Under the pieces are notes generated by a model, which was not told where the DNA came from, searched no databases, and saw only the letters and a program-made list of their open reading frames with translations. The position numbers were made by a program, and so were the translations under genes. A stretch of DNA of 61,965 bases, filler included, from Jimgerdemannia flammicorona (lineage: Eukaryota), in assembly GCA_003990765.1 (NCBI GenBank). It is 3 parts of 3 records of this genome, joined end to end, with 100 filler letters (N's around TTAATTAATTAA, not from the genome) between each part and the next. Parts side by side here need not be neighbours in the genome. Positions count along the whole stretch, not along the records: positions 1 to 20,593 come from RBNJ01001642.1; 2 more parts are not named here. The stretch is one strand, 5' to 3'. Shown in pieces: positions 1-13,589 of the stretch (position 1 is the stretch's first letter; each line of letters starts with the position of its first letter).

Positions 1-2990
1 GGAGTACTAATTGTAAATTAATATTTAAAGATTAATAATATTTTTATATATAATATATCTCTTTATCTATAGTATAATATAGTATATAGATATATAACTC
101 AGTAAGTATATCAGATTTCTATATCTTGAAAACTTGATCTTCTTTGACTCTACAGAGTCCTTGGAATGCAGGAGTGGGTGAGTTTGAAGTATATCTGTCA
201 GCAGGCTTATTAGTTCTCTTACTTTCTCTTGCTTTCTCTTTATTTTAAACTATTTTGATCTGAGATTTATTTACTCTAGATACTGGGGATATTTATATAA
301 GTTTGCTAGCTATAAGATAGCTAAGTTATGACTATATTTTCTATGAATCACTTTTCACAAGTATTAAATTCTTAATATTTGCTAAATATTTAATGATTAT
401 TAAAACTTTAACATCTGTAAGATCTTTAATATTTGTAAAGAGTTTAATATTTGTAAAAACTTTAATATTTGCAAAATACTTATAACTGCTATTTATAAGA
501 CTATACTATATTTGAGAATTAGATTCAGATACTATAATCAAATGTCTATTCTTCTGATTTATATTTCTAATTCAGATCAACCATTATAACTTCCTTCTGA
601 ATAAGTAATTTATCTCTGAAACATTCTATTTATTCAAACTCCCAAGCTTCTACAATTTGTATCTCCTTATACTATATAATTTGCATCATTATATTCTCCT
701 AATAATATCTCTTGATATATCTAAAGTCTCCTAAGAGTACTTCTTGGAAATAGACTAGAGCTAGTTTATCATCTTTGAATAACTTATTAACTCATTTGGC
801 AATTATGATCTGAGTATGAGAGAGCTGGCACTCTCTAATCTAGTCTTCTTTTCTCATCTCTAGCTGTGATTTTAGTAGCTATTCTAACTTGAAGTATTCT
901 TAAAACTTAGTTCAGTTCTAATAGGTCTTGAAATGTAAAATTCATAACAAGTGTATCTGACTATACTCTGAATACCATTAAAGGATTCTTTTATGATCAG
1001 TGGCTCAGTAGTATATCATTGTCTTTCTATAGCTTACTATATAGCACTGGTAATCTTGAGGACTATGGTAGTACTTTATTGATTATCTATAATACTTCTT
1101 GAGTCAGTTTCAGTGAATAGTAGTGGAGATGATTGTATCTGAGATTTTTTATAGCCAAAAGGTAGTTTCTTTTATATTTTGCACAAGATAAGATCTTTCT
1201 CACTTAGACTCTAGCTTTTATGATCATAAAGCTTCTACTATATTCTAATATACTAGAACTTTGTCTCCTATCTTGATAATTTTCAGAAGCTTGTAGATCT
1301 TCTCTCCATTGTTCTATAGTAATATCTATATCTTAGTTATATAATTCTTAGCCTTCTTCTATCTGCTTGATTCTTCTCTGAGCCATTCATGATAGGCTGG
1401 TGAAATTGGTCTTACTTTTTAGTAGATTGGTTCAGTGTCTTCTATATCTATATTATAATAGTAATGTGAAGTCTTTCTCTTGATATTCTTGAAGTCTGTA
1501 ACTAGAATATTCTTAAATTTATAGAGTATCTTCTTGAGTTCCTTCTTGAGTAAAAATTCATTTGCAATGGTATAGCTGTATTTGTTCATAGTTTTCTCCT
1601 TCTTGTAGTCTAGTTTAGTAATATTGGTACTGACAAATACTTCTTTTTCTGTAGATCTGAATTCTTTTCTTTTTCTTTCCATTTCTTCCAACTTCTTGAC
1701 TTTTATAATCTTTGACTGAAGAACTGGAAAGATTAATATCTATATCAGTCAGTTCTTCTTCTTGATAGAAAATAGAATCATAGAATTGTGATTCCTAATA
1801 ATGAGTAGTATTTCTCTAATATAACCTAAATCAATAACTCCTCCTTCAATAGTAATCTTACTCTTAACTAGACTGCTTCTTATCTTGAGGATCTCAACAG
1901 TCCTTTAGAATAGTCATCTTTAGACTAGTTGTAAGTAGGGTAGTTGTCTAGGACTTGAGTACAGTTTCTTCTACTATAGTAATATTTATTTTAGCTATAT
2001 TCTCAGACTTATATTCTGATAGAACTGTATCAAAGTGGATTTTCTGAATCTTGACCTTGATCTCTTCTTTATCATTACTGTTCTTAAGAAGGACTAGTAA
2101 TTCATTATCCTCTTTCTTCTCTTTCTCTTGTCTTGTCTATTTCTCAAGAGCCTTCTGTCTTCTTTTATAGTAGATTTTCTTAATTTCACTGATATACTAG
2201 TAGCAATCATCAATATACTTCATACAGTACATCTTGATTCCATGAGGGCAGACTTCTTATAGTATATATTCTTCAATAATCCTCTTGCACTATTCTTCTT
2301 CACTGATCTATCTAACTTTCTTCTTCTTTTTCTGAGTAGTCACTATATAGACTTCTTCTTGCTCACTTTCTTCTTCATCTATTTCAGGTAGTACTTCTTT
2401 GTTGGTATTGATGGAAATTCATATCTTCTGATCTTGATAAATGATCTGTATCTTCTGAACATTTAGATCAATTATTACTCTGGCTTTATGAAACCACTGG
2501 TTGCTGATGAGGATGTCATAATTAGTAATATTAGTTACAATCATATCTACTGATATGGTTGCTTCTCCAAACTTAATAGAAATATCTCAGATCTTTCTCA
2601 GAGATATGGCTCTTATACTATCTGCTGTAATAAATACTAATTTTATTACTTTTTTAACTTCCAACCTAGGTGATCTGCTGTTTTCTTCCTAAGAAGACAT
2701 CCTCCTGCTCTGATATCAATAATGACTTCAAAGATTCTATCTTTAATTTGATAGATTGCATAGGTAGAGGTCTTGTAATTGTCTTTACTTTCTTCTCCCA
2801 AGTCTTTTTGAATATTATTGGTCTCAGTTATCTTCCAATCTTACTTCTTAGTTGTCTCAGCAAGTCTATATCTTATTTGCTATCTAAATGTGAGTATTTC
2901 TCTCAGCTGACCAAAGGTTGCATTGATCTTTTATTGGCTGAGATTCTTGAAGATATTATATTTGAAGATCTTGATTTTGTATAGAAGGAT
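1..2990 (-). mobile_element. Heavily decayed Ty3/Gypsy pol (protease - Cys/His insert - dUTPase - RT - RNase H), related to the 20902-35594 element
   Basis: The minus strand gives FEVIIDIRAGGCLL (aspartic protease motif, ~2700-2740) and VCPHGIKMYC (~2225-2255). It also gives dUTPase-like IEGGVIDLGY (~1820-1850) and RT/RNase H remnants, collinear with 23900-26480. Many stops, essentially no CpG. Confidence 0.85.
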
Positions 2991-2994
2991 AATC

Positions 2995-3412
2995 TCTAAT
3001 ATAGACTGGTATGAGAAGTTGGAGATAAATGGTTGACCTTTGGGTGAGCTCTGGCCATTTGCATTGGGCTTGCCAGACATTGGCTTTATATATTTGAGAA
3101 TGGGCAGTGCTTGGTACTTAGGATATAAGTTGTATGATGGGAGTGATTAGTGCTAGACATCCTGAATAGCTGATGGTAGGGGTGGAGATCTGGAGGGGGA
3201 ATTCATAGGAGACTAGTGGAATGTATTTGTGAGAAGAGTAGAGAGAAGGTCAGGGTTGCTGGGGGGTTGGTGTCTCTTCAGAGAGGAGAGAAAGGGGGAG
3301 AGGAGGGGGGTCTATATAGAATTGGGTGAAAGGTATATTTGTACCTTTATATTAATATATTGTAGATTGGTTAGTAATCAGAAGTCAAAGTAACTATAAA
3401 AAAAAAAAAAAA
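2995..3412 (+). mobile_element. 3' fragment of L1/Tx1-like LINE with poly(A)
   Basis: Matches the 3' end of the other LINE copies. Ends in the family terminus AGTCAAAGTAACTAT followed by an A-tract (~3398-3412). Confidence 0.8.
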
Positions 3413-6400
3413 GAGAAAGACTGATAAGCTAAAGACAGAGAGGAACCTAGATGTGGTAGGGAATGTGATGAGTATAGAATTGTAGAGTAGATGACTATTC
3501 TTTATGAAAAAGCATTATTCAATATAAATAGTATAACTAGAATTTGTTCTTTGAATATCAATAGGCTATAGGGAGTAGTAAGGTATCAAAATATCTTTGG
3601 CTGACTAAAGGGATTAGATATAGACTTATTCCTACTATAGGATGTTAGATGCAATGGGGATTTGGATAGTCTAGACTAGACAAAGGAGTGGGGCAGAGTG
3701 GCTATTTGATAGAGGTATGTAGGTATTCTGGTTAGAAAGAGTAAGGGGGATATTGGAGACATTAGACATTAGGGGGGCAGAATAGTATAAGGAGTTTAGA
3801 AGAGGTTGGACTGGAGTCTCTTGAGAATTAAAACATACTATTGTCTAGCAGAAAGAGGGGAGAGAGTGGAATAGATTCAAGGGCTATGAGAATCTGAAAT
3901 ATTGATAGAGGTAGGGATTGACTGTCTAGGGAGAGACTTTAATATAATATAGAATGGAAAGATAGACAGAACTGATGGGGGTAGGGGAATGGCTGATAAG
4001 AGTGGTGGGATGGAGGTCTGAAAGAAAGTTGAATGTCTGGGTTCCTTAGTGGATACTGAGAGACTTGGATGGAGGGATCACAGAGTCTATACTCACTAAG
4101 TAATAGGGTTAGACTCTAGGATTGACTGGATGTTGACTACTGAATGCTAGAGAGATGATATCTGGATATCTTTGGAAACTGTTTGGTGTCTGTGGTCAGA
4201 TCACTGGAGCCTTCTGGGAGAGAGGAGTTTTGGGAGAAGAGGAGAGGAGCCTGGACATTAGTGTATAAATACCTCATTGCTTAGAGAGGCCTCCTTATGA
4301 GATATATGGGTAATGAACATTAGATCCAAGATACTGAGATGGTAAACAAAGAGATTACTAATTAGGAATTGCTGGAGGCAGCTGAAGTCAGATGTACAAT
4401 AGTACTAGAGAGAGGCAGAAAGAGTACATGGTACTCAGAAGAGGAGGTGAGTGAGATAGGCCTTCCAGAGATTGGTGAGGTTGTGGTAACTTGGGCAGAT
4501 CTGCTGAATAATAAGAAGGAGAGGGATTGGAGGGCCCAGCAGATTTAGCTGAAGGTAGAGGAGTTAAAGATATTGCTGAGGTGGAAGAAGGACCCACAGA
4601 TTCAGAGCATAGTGGCCCAGCTGAGGTGGTAGAGATTAGAGAAGAGAGAGAGGCCTATAAAGTATTTGTCTTGCCTTCTGTAAGTAAGGAGAATATAGCA
4701 GTGATGGGAAGGAGTATTGGATGAGGCAGGAGAGCTGGTTGTTGGTACTCTGGTGATTTTGAATCAGCTGAGTATATAGTAGGGGTGATTGTGGAGTAAA
4801 GAGAAAAGGGGGGTGGGGGTGCTAGATATTGACAGACACTTAGAGGACTGGTACCCTGATCTAGCAGCTGGCTTAAGAGACATTGATGCTACTATCCAAG
4901 GAGAGGAGATCTGGTAGGTACTGATGTCAACAAGCTTGGGGATAGTACCTGAAGAGAATGGCTTACTATGGGATTTTTGGAAGAAGATATCAGATATTGA
5001 GCTGATTCTGAAAGAAATGTCAGAGGTATATAATAAGATTATTAGCTCAGGGATATGGATTGGGAGGTAGTGCTTGGGTCTTATGGCTCTGCTATTTAAG
5101 AATAAGAAGAGAAGAGAGAAGTGGAAGAACTGGAGACTGATCATACTTCTAGTATAGATCACAAACTGGTTATGAAGATACTGGTGACTAGGCTGCAAAG
5201 AGTGACTCAGCAGATCCTGGGGGACTGAGCAGAGAAGATTTATTAGGAGATATCTAATCAGGGATAGGACAGTCTGAGTACATGGTATCATCAAGGAGAC
5301 TTATACTGCTAGGATAGATAGAAGGCTAGTCTTTTTAGACTAAGAGAAGACCTATGATAGGGTCTAGTAGGTATGGTTAAAAGGGGTGCTCAAGTATATA
5401 GGGGTCTCTTCTGGAGTCTGATGGGCCTTGATCAGTCTGCTGGAAGAGAGTTGGGTGACTATTATGGCAAATAAGTATAGGGGGTTTTTATTCCCACTAG
5501 ACAGAAGCATACAACAGGGAGATCTGCTGTCACTGATACTGTATACATTATCCCTAAAGCCTCTTTTGGATAGAATTAGGTAGAAGGTAGGGGGGTTGGA
5601 CATTCTGAGGGTTAACTGGAAGGTAGGGGCTTTTGCTGATAATATAGTGGTCAGACTGAGGTCAGTAGAAGATGTGGTAGCTCTGAAAGGTATAGTAGAG
5701 TAGTATGAGGAGTGCTCAGGTATTAAGCTCAACTAGTATAAGTATGAAATGTTGGTATTGGAAGGGGAAATAGTGGGTGGAGATATGATTGGAATAATTG
5801 TCTCTGCAGGCAAGACTATTTACTATCTTGGGATCTACTTTTCAGTATATAGCTTCTTACTTTCTTACAAATAATAGAAACAGTAGTTGATAGAGTGGAG
5901 GAGTACTCTCTTGAGATAGAGTGGTTGGTACATATCTCTAGCAGAGAGGGTGACTATACTGAATATATACTGGCTACCTAAGCTGTGATATCTGAGATAC
6001 TACTTGGACTTTCCAGTATAGGTGATTAAGAGATTACTCTAGGACCTAGATATAGGCAGTATGATGGAGTTAGATTGACTGGGAGGTGTTGACCTTAGTA
6101 GTAGACTGGGGAGGCCTAAGGCTGGTGAATTTTCCCAAGCATCTTTATTACTTGAGAGTATGGTGGCTGAGACAAGCTAGTGAGCTAAGGGGTGGAGAGT
6201 GAGTTTCCCTCTTACAGAGGGTGTGGGAGGCCCAGTTCTCTCCCTGTAGTATAACTGGAGATTTACTATCTCTGGTAACTTTGGAGAGAAGTCAGAAGAT
6301 ACATTATAGGAGATTTTAGTAGAGAGTGGTTGATAGAGCTCACCATATTGGTCTTCATTGACAGAGTGATGAGGGAGAGGAGAAATGGGGACCCCAGATA

Positions 6401-7060
6401 TAGAGATGAGTTTGTCTTCTATTGGACAAGATAGCTATAAATGACTTCTGCTTAGAGGATGGTATAGAGTATCTTCAGAAGTAGGGGAGAGATCTATGAC
6501 CCAAGATATAGTAGAGAGTGGAGATTGGTGAGAAGTAGGACTGGAATAATATTTGGTTATGGAGCAAGCAGACAGTGCAATGGATCTCCCCCAAGTTCTG
6601 AGTGGCATGGTGAAGACTTTTACAGTACAATGTTATATTGAATTATTAGTCAAGTCACTTGGTAGAAGGAGATCCTCAGGAGTATAAGAAGTATCTGAAT
6701 GTTGGGCAGGAGAGAGGAGTGGTATAAACTTCTAAATATTGGCTTAGAGAGTATAAGATATTGGGGGACTTTTGGAAGATAATTGAGATATAGTTGAGAG
6801 TATATTCATCAGGGCTAGAGATAGGAGTGAGGTGGGGTGACCTCCAGGAGAGGCTAGTAGATGGGGTGAAAAATGAGTAGTTGACTTTAGGGTGGGTACT
6901 GGCAATTTGGATAGGGCTTGTAGGATATTGGCTGTATATATTTGAAGATAGCAAATAGCTGACTTTTGGGGTGAGAGTTATTAGATGAGAGTGGCTGATG
7001 ATGGACCTTCTGAATGGGTGATGGAGAGAGTGAAGAGCTGGGGGTATGGTGCAGGGGAGA
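3413..7060 (+). mobile_element. Decayed L1/Tx1-like LINE: ORF1 end plus near-complete ORF2 (APE endonuclease, RT, C-terminal Cys/His region)
   Basis: Collinear with 29813-31392 and 26961-28601. It has the remnant EN start (LFFEYQ/LNING-like, ~3545), GRDFN, QGDLLS, and WKVGAFADN (~5617-5643). Many stops. Confidence 0.9.
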
Positions 7061-7474
7061 TGAAGTACAGGGGAGGTGGGAGGATTTGAAGGATAGATTG
7101 GTAGGGGGGATTGGGAAGGAGTGGCTTACTTTGGGTTGGGCTTTGGCTATTTGAGTGGGGCTGGCCAGTTATTGGCAATTTGTTTTTGAGGATGGGAGGA
7201 GACAGGACTTGGGAGACTGGTTGCTATGGTGGCATAGGCTTATGGAAGACACCTTAACAGGCTGGTGGCTTGGTTGGGGGCTGCAGGGTGGTCAGAGGTG
7301 CTACTTAGTGGAGAAAATTTGTGGGCAGAGTGGGGGGAGAGTCAGAGTAGTTGGGGAAAGGGTGATTTTTATTCATGAAGAGGTGGGGAGGGGCCCCCCT
7401 ATGGAGATTGGGTAGTGGGTGGGGATGATGTATACTTATTCATAGACTGGTAATAAAGGCAGAGTCCAAGTGAC

Positions 7475-7545
<71 letters not shown>
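7060..7545 (+). mobile_element. Younger 5'-truncated LINE 3' fragment with ~68-nt poly(A)
   Basis: Repeats the region just upstream in less decayed form and is close to the reverse complement of 26487-26920. Ends AATAAAGGCAGAGTCCAAGTGACTAT plus an A-tract (7478-7545). Confidence 0.85.
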
Positions 7546-7550
<5 letters not shown>

Positions 7551-7662
7551 GCTCTCTTAGAGAGATTGAGTAGGAGGTCAGATAGTTGTATATTATATAT
7601 TATATTAATATAGATTGGTTTGATAATAAATGCAAATGTCTGAGTAACTATAAAAAAAAAAA
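7546..7662 (+). mobile_element. LINE extreme 3' end with poly(A), probably the displaced tail of the 3413-7060 copy
   Basis: AATAAA...GTCTGAGTAACTAT plus A-tract at ~7652-7663, the family terminus. Confidence 0.7.
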
Positions 7663-7899
7663 ACTATATTCTAAAATACTATCTCTCTCAATAGATCTCC
7701 TAAACCTCCTTTTGTTTTCAAACTTATCTTAATATCTATTATCTCTTACTTATCTTAATTCAACTCAATACTCAATATCTCCTTATATATATACTATACT
7801 TCTCTCTACATTATCATAATATTCTTTCTCTTATTAATTTAATTATTATATAATCAGTAAATATACTTAGTAATGAGTGATCATATGACCCAGTGATGA

Positions 7900-8557
7900 T
7901 GTTACAATCCAGTAGCATATGATAAATATAATAATGAGATATAAATGATAAGAACAATGTAGATAAATGATACCCAGATTAACTCCAGCAATTGGCACTG
8001 TAGTAATCACTGCAGCAACTGAATATTATCTAACAACAAACAAAGGTTACAATTATAAATCTCATTCATAGTTACCAAATTAGTCACTCATACTTAGTCA
8101 GAAATTATAAACTAACTTGTATAAATACCCCCCAGTTTCTATCTGAAATAAAACAGATTTAGTTCAGTCCTTGATACAAGAATCAAATACCCCCTCCATA
8201 CACACACATTCTTCTAAGTCTTAGTAATAACACCTAAGTGACTCTAGTATTTCTAACTAAACTCCAAAAGTCTAGCTAACTTCTACCATAACTGAGACTG
8301 GTATATAAATTCCAAAGACTTAAGTAAACTCTTTATTGAATCTGATTTCCAAGGTAAATTCAATCTGTGCACAGCAAAGAACAAATCTCTTATAACTATA
8401 GTTATTAAAAAGAGTACTATTGCTATAACTACTTTCAAGTAAGTGCTTCCTCATACTGGAGGCTTCTTGGTATACTTGTATACTAAGTCTCTAAGTAATA
8501 CCTTATTTCTTTAATTATCTAAAAGATAAGAGAGGGGTAGAAATAAGAGTTATTATA
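7900..8557 (+). repeat. Putative 5' LTR of the second Gypsy family
   Basis: TG start, TATAAATA and AATAAA motifs (8120-8152), PBS immediately downstream. The local motif ACTTGTATAAAT.CCCCAG is shared with the solo LTR at ~35860-35880. Confidence 0.6.
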
Positions 8558-8643
8558 ACTTGGTGGTAGTGAAATTACTAAGCCAAGATAGTGTCAAGAA
8601 CATACTCTTGAAAAGTTGGAACAAGACCAACCTTAGACAGAAG

Positions 8644-9010
8644 TAGTACTCCCAAAATGAATATTTGAATCAATTCAAAGTAGATATATATGGTATTTGA
8701 ATCAAATTGATTCAATTCAATTCAAACATTGTTTTGATTTCCAAATTAGAACACAAATGTTTACCTCAATAACTCTATGAAGTTTTATCCGATTTTGGTA
8801 ATCTTGGTGTTATTGGAAAGGGATTATAGAGAGCCTTCCAAGGACACTAGTTTCATTAATATTGGATGAAAACTCGTAGAGTTATTGAGGTAATTATTTG
8901 TGTCCTTATTTAGAAATCAAAATAATGTTTGAATCAAATCAAATCAATTTGATTCGAATACCATATATATCCACTTCAAATTGATTCAAATATTCGTTTT
9001 GGGAGCACTA
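8644..9010. mobile_element. 367-bp palindromic hAT-type MITE with 8-bp TSD
   Basis: Termini TAGTACTCCCAAAATGAATATTTGAATC / GATTCAAATATTCGTTTTGGGAGCACTA. The arms are complementary almost to the centre. Exact direct repeat GACAGAAG at 8636-8643 and 9011-9018. Confidence 0.93.
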
Positions 9011-9130
9011 GACAGAAGTAACTCCAGAATTCCCAAGGAACAAATCCATGAACCAGAGCCCATCTAGCATTAGCCACCAGAACTAGGTAGTATCAGGAAA
9101 ATACAGACCCAGGGCTATATCAGCTTCTGA

Positions 9131-9859
9131 TTTTTTTTTTTTTATAGTCACTTGGACTTTCTTTATTAATACTCCAATCTAATCTCATAATAATACACTG
9201 ACCCCCACCCCTACCCAATCCCCCTGGGGGGTTCACTCTCTATTCTATTATAATGAAAAACTACTACCCCTTTACTATCTCTGCCCACCTACTACTTTGC
9301 TTGCAGATCACTTCTACTAGTTGGCAACAGTATCTACTCTGTAGGCCCCATCCTACCCACTACTCTGATATAATATCCCCTATTAATCTTTTTCATCTTA
9401 GCTATCTCTCCCTCTTACTTAACTACTGCTCCTCCTTAAATACATAAAGCTAATGGCCAGCTAATCCTACCTATACTGCTAATACTCACCCTAAAGTGAG
9501 CTATTCATTATCTATACCTCCTACAAACCTCTCCCTCAGATCCTCCCAATGACCTCTCTCCCCATCTGCTCTCCTTCTAATACTGAGTTAATCATCTATT
9601 TCTATCTAAAAGTCCCCCAGAACCTCACACTCTCTCAGCCAATGTTCTGATATTTGGACAAAACCCTCCATCTGACCCATATTGTAGCACTTCTCACAAT
9701 CAAAGAGCCCTCCATCTACCAAGTACCCAGAGTGGAAATTCAATATGACATTCTGTCTCAGCATTCACTACTATGCTCTCTGGAACTTAGGGAGAAACCA
9801 CTGCTATACTTCAGTACTCTATGATCAGACTTCTGTCCAGTCTCACTTCTCTCTAATCT
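9131..9859 (-). mobile_element. 5'-truncated LINE with poly(A) and 16-17-bp TSD
   Basis: Poly(T) then ATAGTCACTTGGAC at ~9131-9157. TSD CTATATCAGCTTCTGA(T) at 9115-9131 and 9860-9876. Confidence 0.92.
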
Positions 9860-12800
9860 CTATATCAGCTTCTGATCAATAAGACATACAGAGATCTATA
9901 TGAGGTCTTTAAGAACTACCACCCAGGCTTTAGGAATGTAAGCAGCTATTGCAGATTCTATATTATTATCCATAATTATATGGAGGTTACTAGAACTCAA
10001 GAATCTACTACTGCTACTATCTAGGAAATTTTAAACTATATCTCAATATCTTCTTCTGCAGCAAGAGTAGTAGCAGCTGAGTAGATTGCATTTGATAGTT
10101 ATCATTATACTTCTATCTGAACCTCTCTCTACTACTGGCTTATTGTATACTATACCACTACTATATCAAGATATGAGAACAAACAGACAGATCACTCACT
10201 CTCTATTACTGATCAAGAAGTAGATCCATCTATTTAGCCAGAATCTGATATCTTCTTTGAAGAACAAGAACACACTATCTCATCAGGAAAGAGAGTCAGA
10301 TGAAGACTCTACAGGATACTAGTCTGATGATAGCCAATAAGGAACAGCAGGCCAAGGAATTTACTAAGAACTTACAGGTCAAGAAGATCAGACCCCAGAA
10401 CTAATCCAGGCATTTATATAGAGATTTGGTTTACTAACTCTTACAGGACTTTTTGATCTGATCTTTGGAAATCAAGTAATCCTAAGTTATGTAGTACTAC
10501 AACCTCATCAGACAGAATAGTCTTCAGGAGAATCTACCCCTACAGGCCCACTATTAGTAGCTAATACAATAGTAGATACCAATATTCAGGCCCTAACTGT
10601 CCAGCTAGCCACAATAGTCGAAATAGTAGGATAATTGTCAAATAGAACAAACTAACCAAGACCTTGAGAATTTCTACTTTTAGTAAAAAAACAATGACAT
10701 TGAATCCTTCATAAATACAATAGATATATAATACTGAGCAAATCAATAGAATGATAACCATTTATCTACAGAGATGCTTAACAATAATAGAGATAATACT
10801 CTTCAACAGTTGTTTGTCACATTAGTAATATAAGTGGAAATAGTAGTCATATTCTTTACTAGAATAACAGCCAAGTTCTGGTACACTCTAGAAGAATACT
10901 CAGTACCTAAAAAGACTGTCCTCAAGTCACTAGACAGACACCTGGCCAAGCCAGACCAGGTTGGGATGACTATATAGTAGGCTTAGGACCCAAGACCCTA
11001 CTATTGACCAAATTCTGAAATATAGTCTATATATAAGAAACTTGGAATAAACTAGCCCAGATGAAGTTCCACAAGAATAGTGAGGAGGACCTAGAAATCT
11101 TTACTACTAAGATGGATACTTACCTTAAAACCATAAGACTTACTTATCAGAAAAATAATTTAGTCATCAATGATATTAGGGCCAACTATCTTTTTGCAGT
11201 CCTATCAGACTGACTCACTTGGAAGATTAAGGAATAAGGCCTCTTCCAAGGATGTCTCCACTACTCATAGTGCTTTGCTTAGATATAAAGATGAGTCTGC
11301 AAAATCCTTGTTGTACAGACCCTACAAAATCCAGAATACAAGAAAGATAACCAAGTTAGAAGAAATCCCCCAGAATGACTAAAGAAATAATCAGAGAAAT
11401 GACCAAAGGAACTAGTGAACCCCCAGAGGACCCAGACCTCCCAATGAGGATAAAAAGAAGCAGCTCTGTGAAAAAAAATTATACTTTATTTGTAAGAAGG
11501 CAGGACATATCTTCTTCAAATACCCTGAGAAGAGAAACAAATCAGATAAACCCAATAACCAGAACATCCCCATTATTGAAAAAGAACCAAAAAAGAAAAA
11601 TTCCAAGAATGTTATTAAAGTATAGAAGATATGGTATAAGGCTATCATTTTCACTAAGACCTATCCTACTGATACTAGATATGACCTCTACAGTAGCCAA
11701 GACCTCACTATTCCACCAAGTACTAATACTATAGTATATATAAGAATTATAATACAAGCTCTCAAAGGAATATATATCTACCTTGCTGAGCAAAAGTAGT
11801 CTGGCCAAAGAATTCAATATTGGGCTAGGAGGAGGAGTAGTTGACTAAGAATTTACTAGAGAAATCTAGATCATTTGTGAAATTTGGGAGATACCTCATT
11901 TGAAGTCAAAGTAGGCTAAAGAATTGCCTAAGTAATTATTGAAGAAATCTATCAAGATCTCACTATTGCAGAAGTCCCCAAGCTCTCCCAGACAGACTGT
12001 GGTAAGAAAGAGTTTAGATTAACTAATAAACCTCTCACTCAAAAGATTACCACTATAAAGAAAGATGATGAAAACTGTTATAAGAGAATTGTAGATAGTT
12101 ATGTATCATGTGGACAATACCCTCATTCTATCTGAATATACTATATAGAACATATTGGCAAATGCTATACATACCTCTCTAAAGTTTTCAAAATCCAATT
12201 CAAGAAATACTAAGTCTAATAGACTGAGAAATTCAACCCAGACCACCCTCCTTATGAAGGATGGAAAGAGACTGACTTTGAGAAGACTGATAGCAATTGA
12301 GATAATGAGGATAAAGTACTCAATACCATCAAGAAGGAAGACAGTTGCATTAAGTTTATAGGCCAAGTTTACAGATAGAATGTCAATGTCTTACTAGATA
12401 GTAGTACTACTAAAAACTATATTAGTACCAAGACTATTAAGAGGATTGGAGCCCAAAGTAGACCAGCTACTGAGAAAAGAAGTATCACCTTTGGTGATGG
12501 CAAGACTACACCTTTGATCAAAATCTATAAAGACCTACTGCTCAAGATTAGCAAATACTAAGAAAAGTTTAATTTTAGCATTATAGATCTTTCAGAATAA
12601 GATATTATCCTAAGAAAGACCTGGTTGACCCAGTATAACCCAGGACCAATGAGGTTAACTTAATCTATAAAGGTAGAAAAATCACCCTGTTATCTCAGAA
12701 GAGTACCAGCCATCAAGAGATCAAAATCATTTCAGCAATTCAGATGAAGAGACTCTTCTACAAAAAAGAGAACACATACTTCATCTGCACTATATAAGAA

Positions 12801-13589
12801 GTTACTGAAACCCCAAGTAGCTCAGTTCTACAAGAAGCTCAAGAGCTATTTAAGAAATTCTAAGATATATTTTAGGAGCTCAGAGGACTTTTACCCAGCA
12901 CCAAATCCAATATGAGATTGATCTTATTCCAGGATCTGAACCTCCATACCAGAATATCTACCAGCTGGCCCAACCTGAACTCAAGATCCTCAAGGATGAG
13001 TTGACCAAACTACTGGCCCAAGGATATTGAATCCAGCTGTTCTCTATTTGGAGCCCCCATCCTATTTATCAAGAAGAAGGATGACTCCCCACAAATATGT
13101 ATTAACTACAGAGCTCTCAATAAGATTACCATCAAGAACTAGTATGCCTTGTCTAGGATTGATGAGTTGTTACACCAGATCTTCAAGGCCAAGACCTTTT
13201 CCCTACTGGACTTGTGAAATGATTACCACCAGATCCTCATTGATGAGAAGGATGTTAAAAAGACAGCTTTCCAAACATGGTTTGGACACTACCAGTTCTG
13301 AGTCATGCCTTTTGGCTTGATCAATGCTCCAGCAACATTCCAATACCTGATGAATGATATCTTTGGACCACTACTCAACATTTGTGTCCTTGTATATATT
13401 GATGATATACTAATCTACAGTGAAACAGTGGAACTACACTACACCCACCTCAGGCAGGTCCTGACCCCTTCTGTGAGAACACCAGCTCTATGCAAAGATT
13501 AGCAAGTGCAAGTTCTATCAAGACCAGATTGAGTATCTAGGACATATCATCTCTATTGAAGGCATCAACATGGATCCCCGAAAGGTACG

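Larger units (their letters stand above)
7900..13580 (+). mobile_element. Second Ty3/Gypsy family, decayed and 3'-truncated (5' LTR, PBS, gag knuckle, protease, RT)
   Basis: LTR-like 7900-8557 (TGTTACA...TATTATA, a decayed TGTTACA) followed by PBS-like TGGTGGTAGTG at 8561. Decayed zinc knuckle YFICKKAGH (~11480-11510), protease VLLDSS (~12388), and RT motifs [13 protein letters not shown] and [10 protein letters not shown] (13305-13420). Breaks off at MDPRKV (~13585). Confidence 0.85.

Noticed and set aside
400..480. 21-bp repeat (CTTTAATATTTGTAAA...) in the decayed Gypsy
   Set aside because: A short degenerate AT-rich repeat in hypermutated DNA, with no evidence of function.
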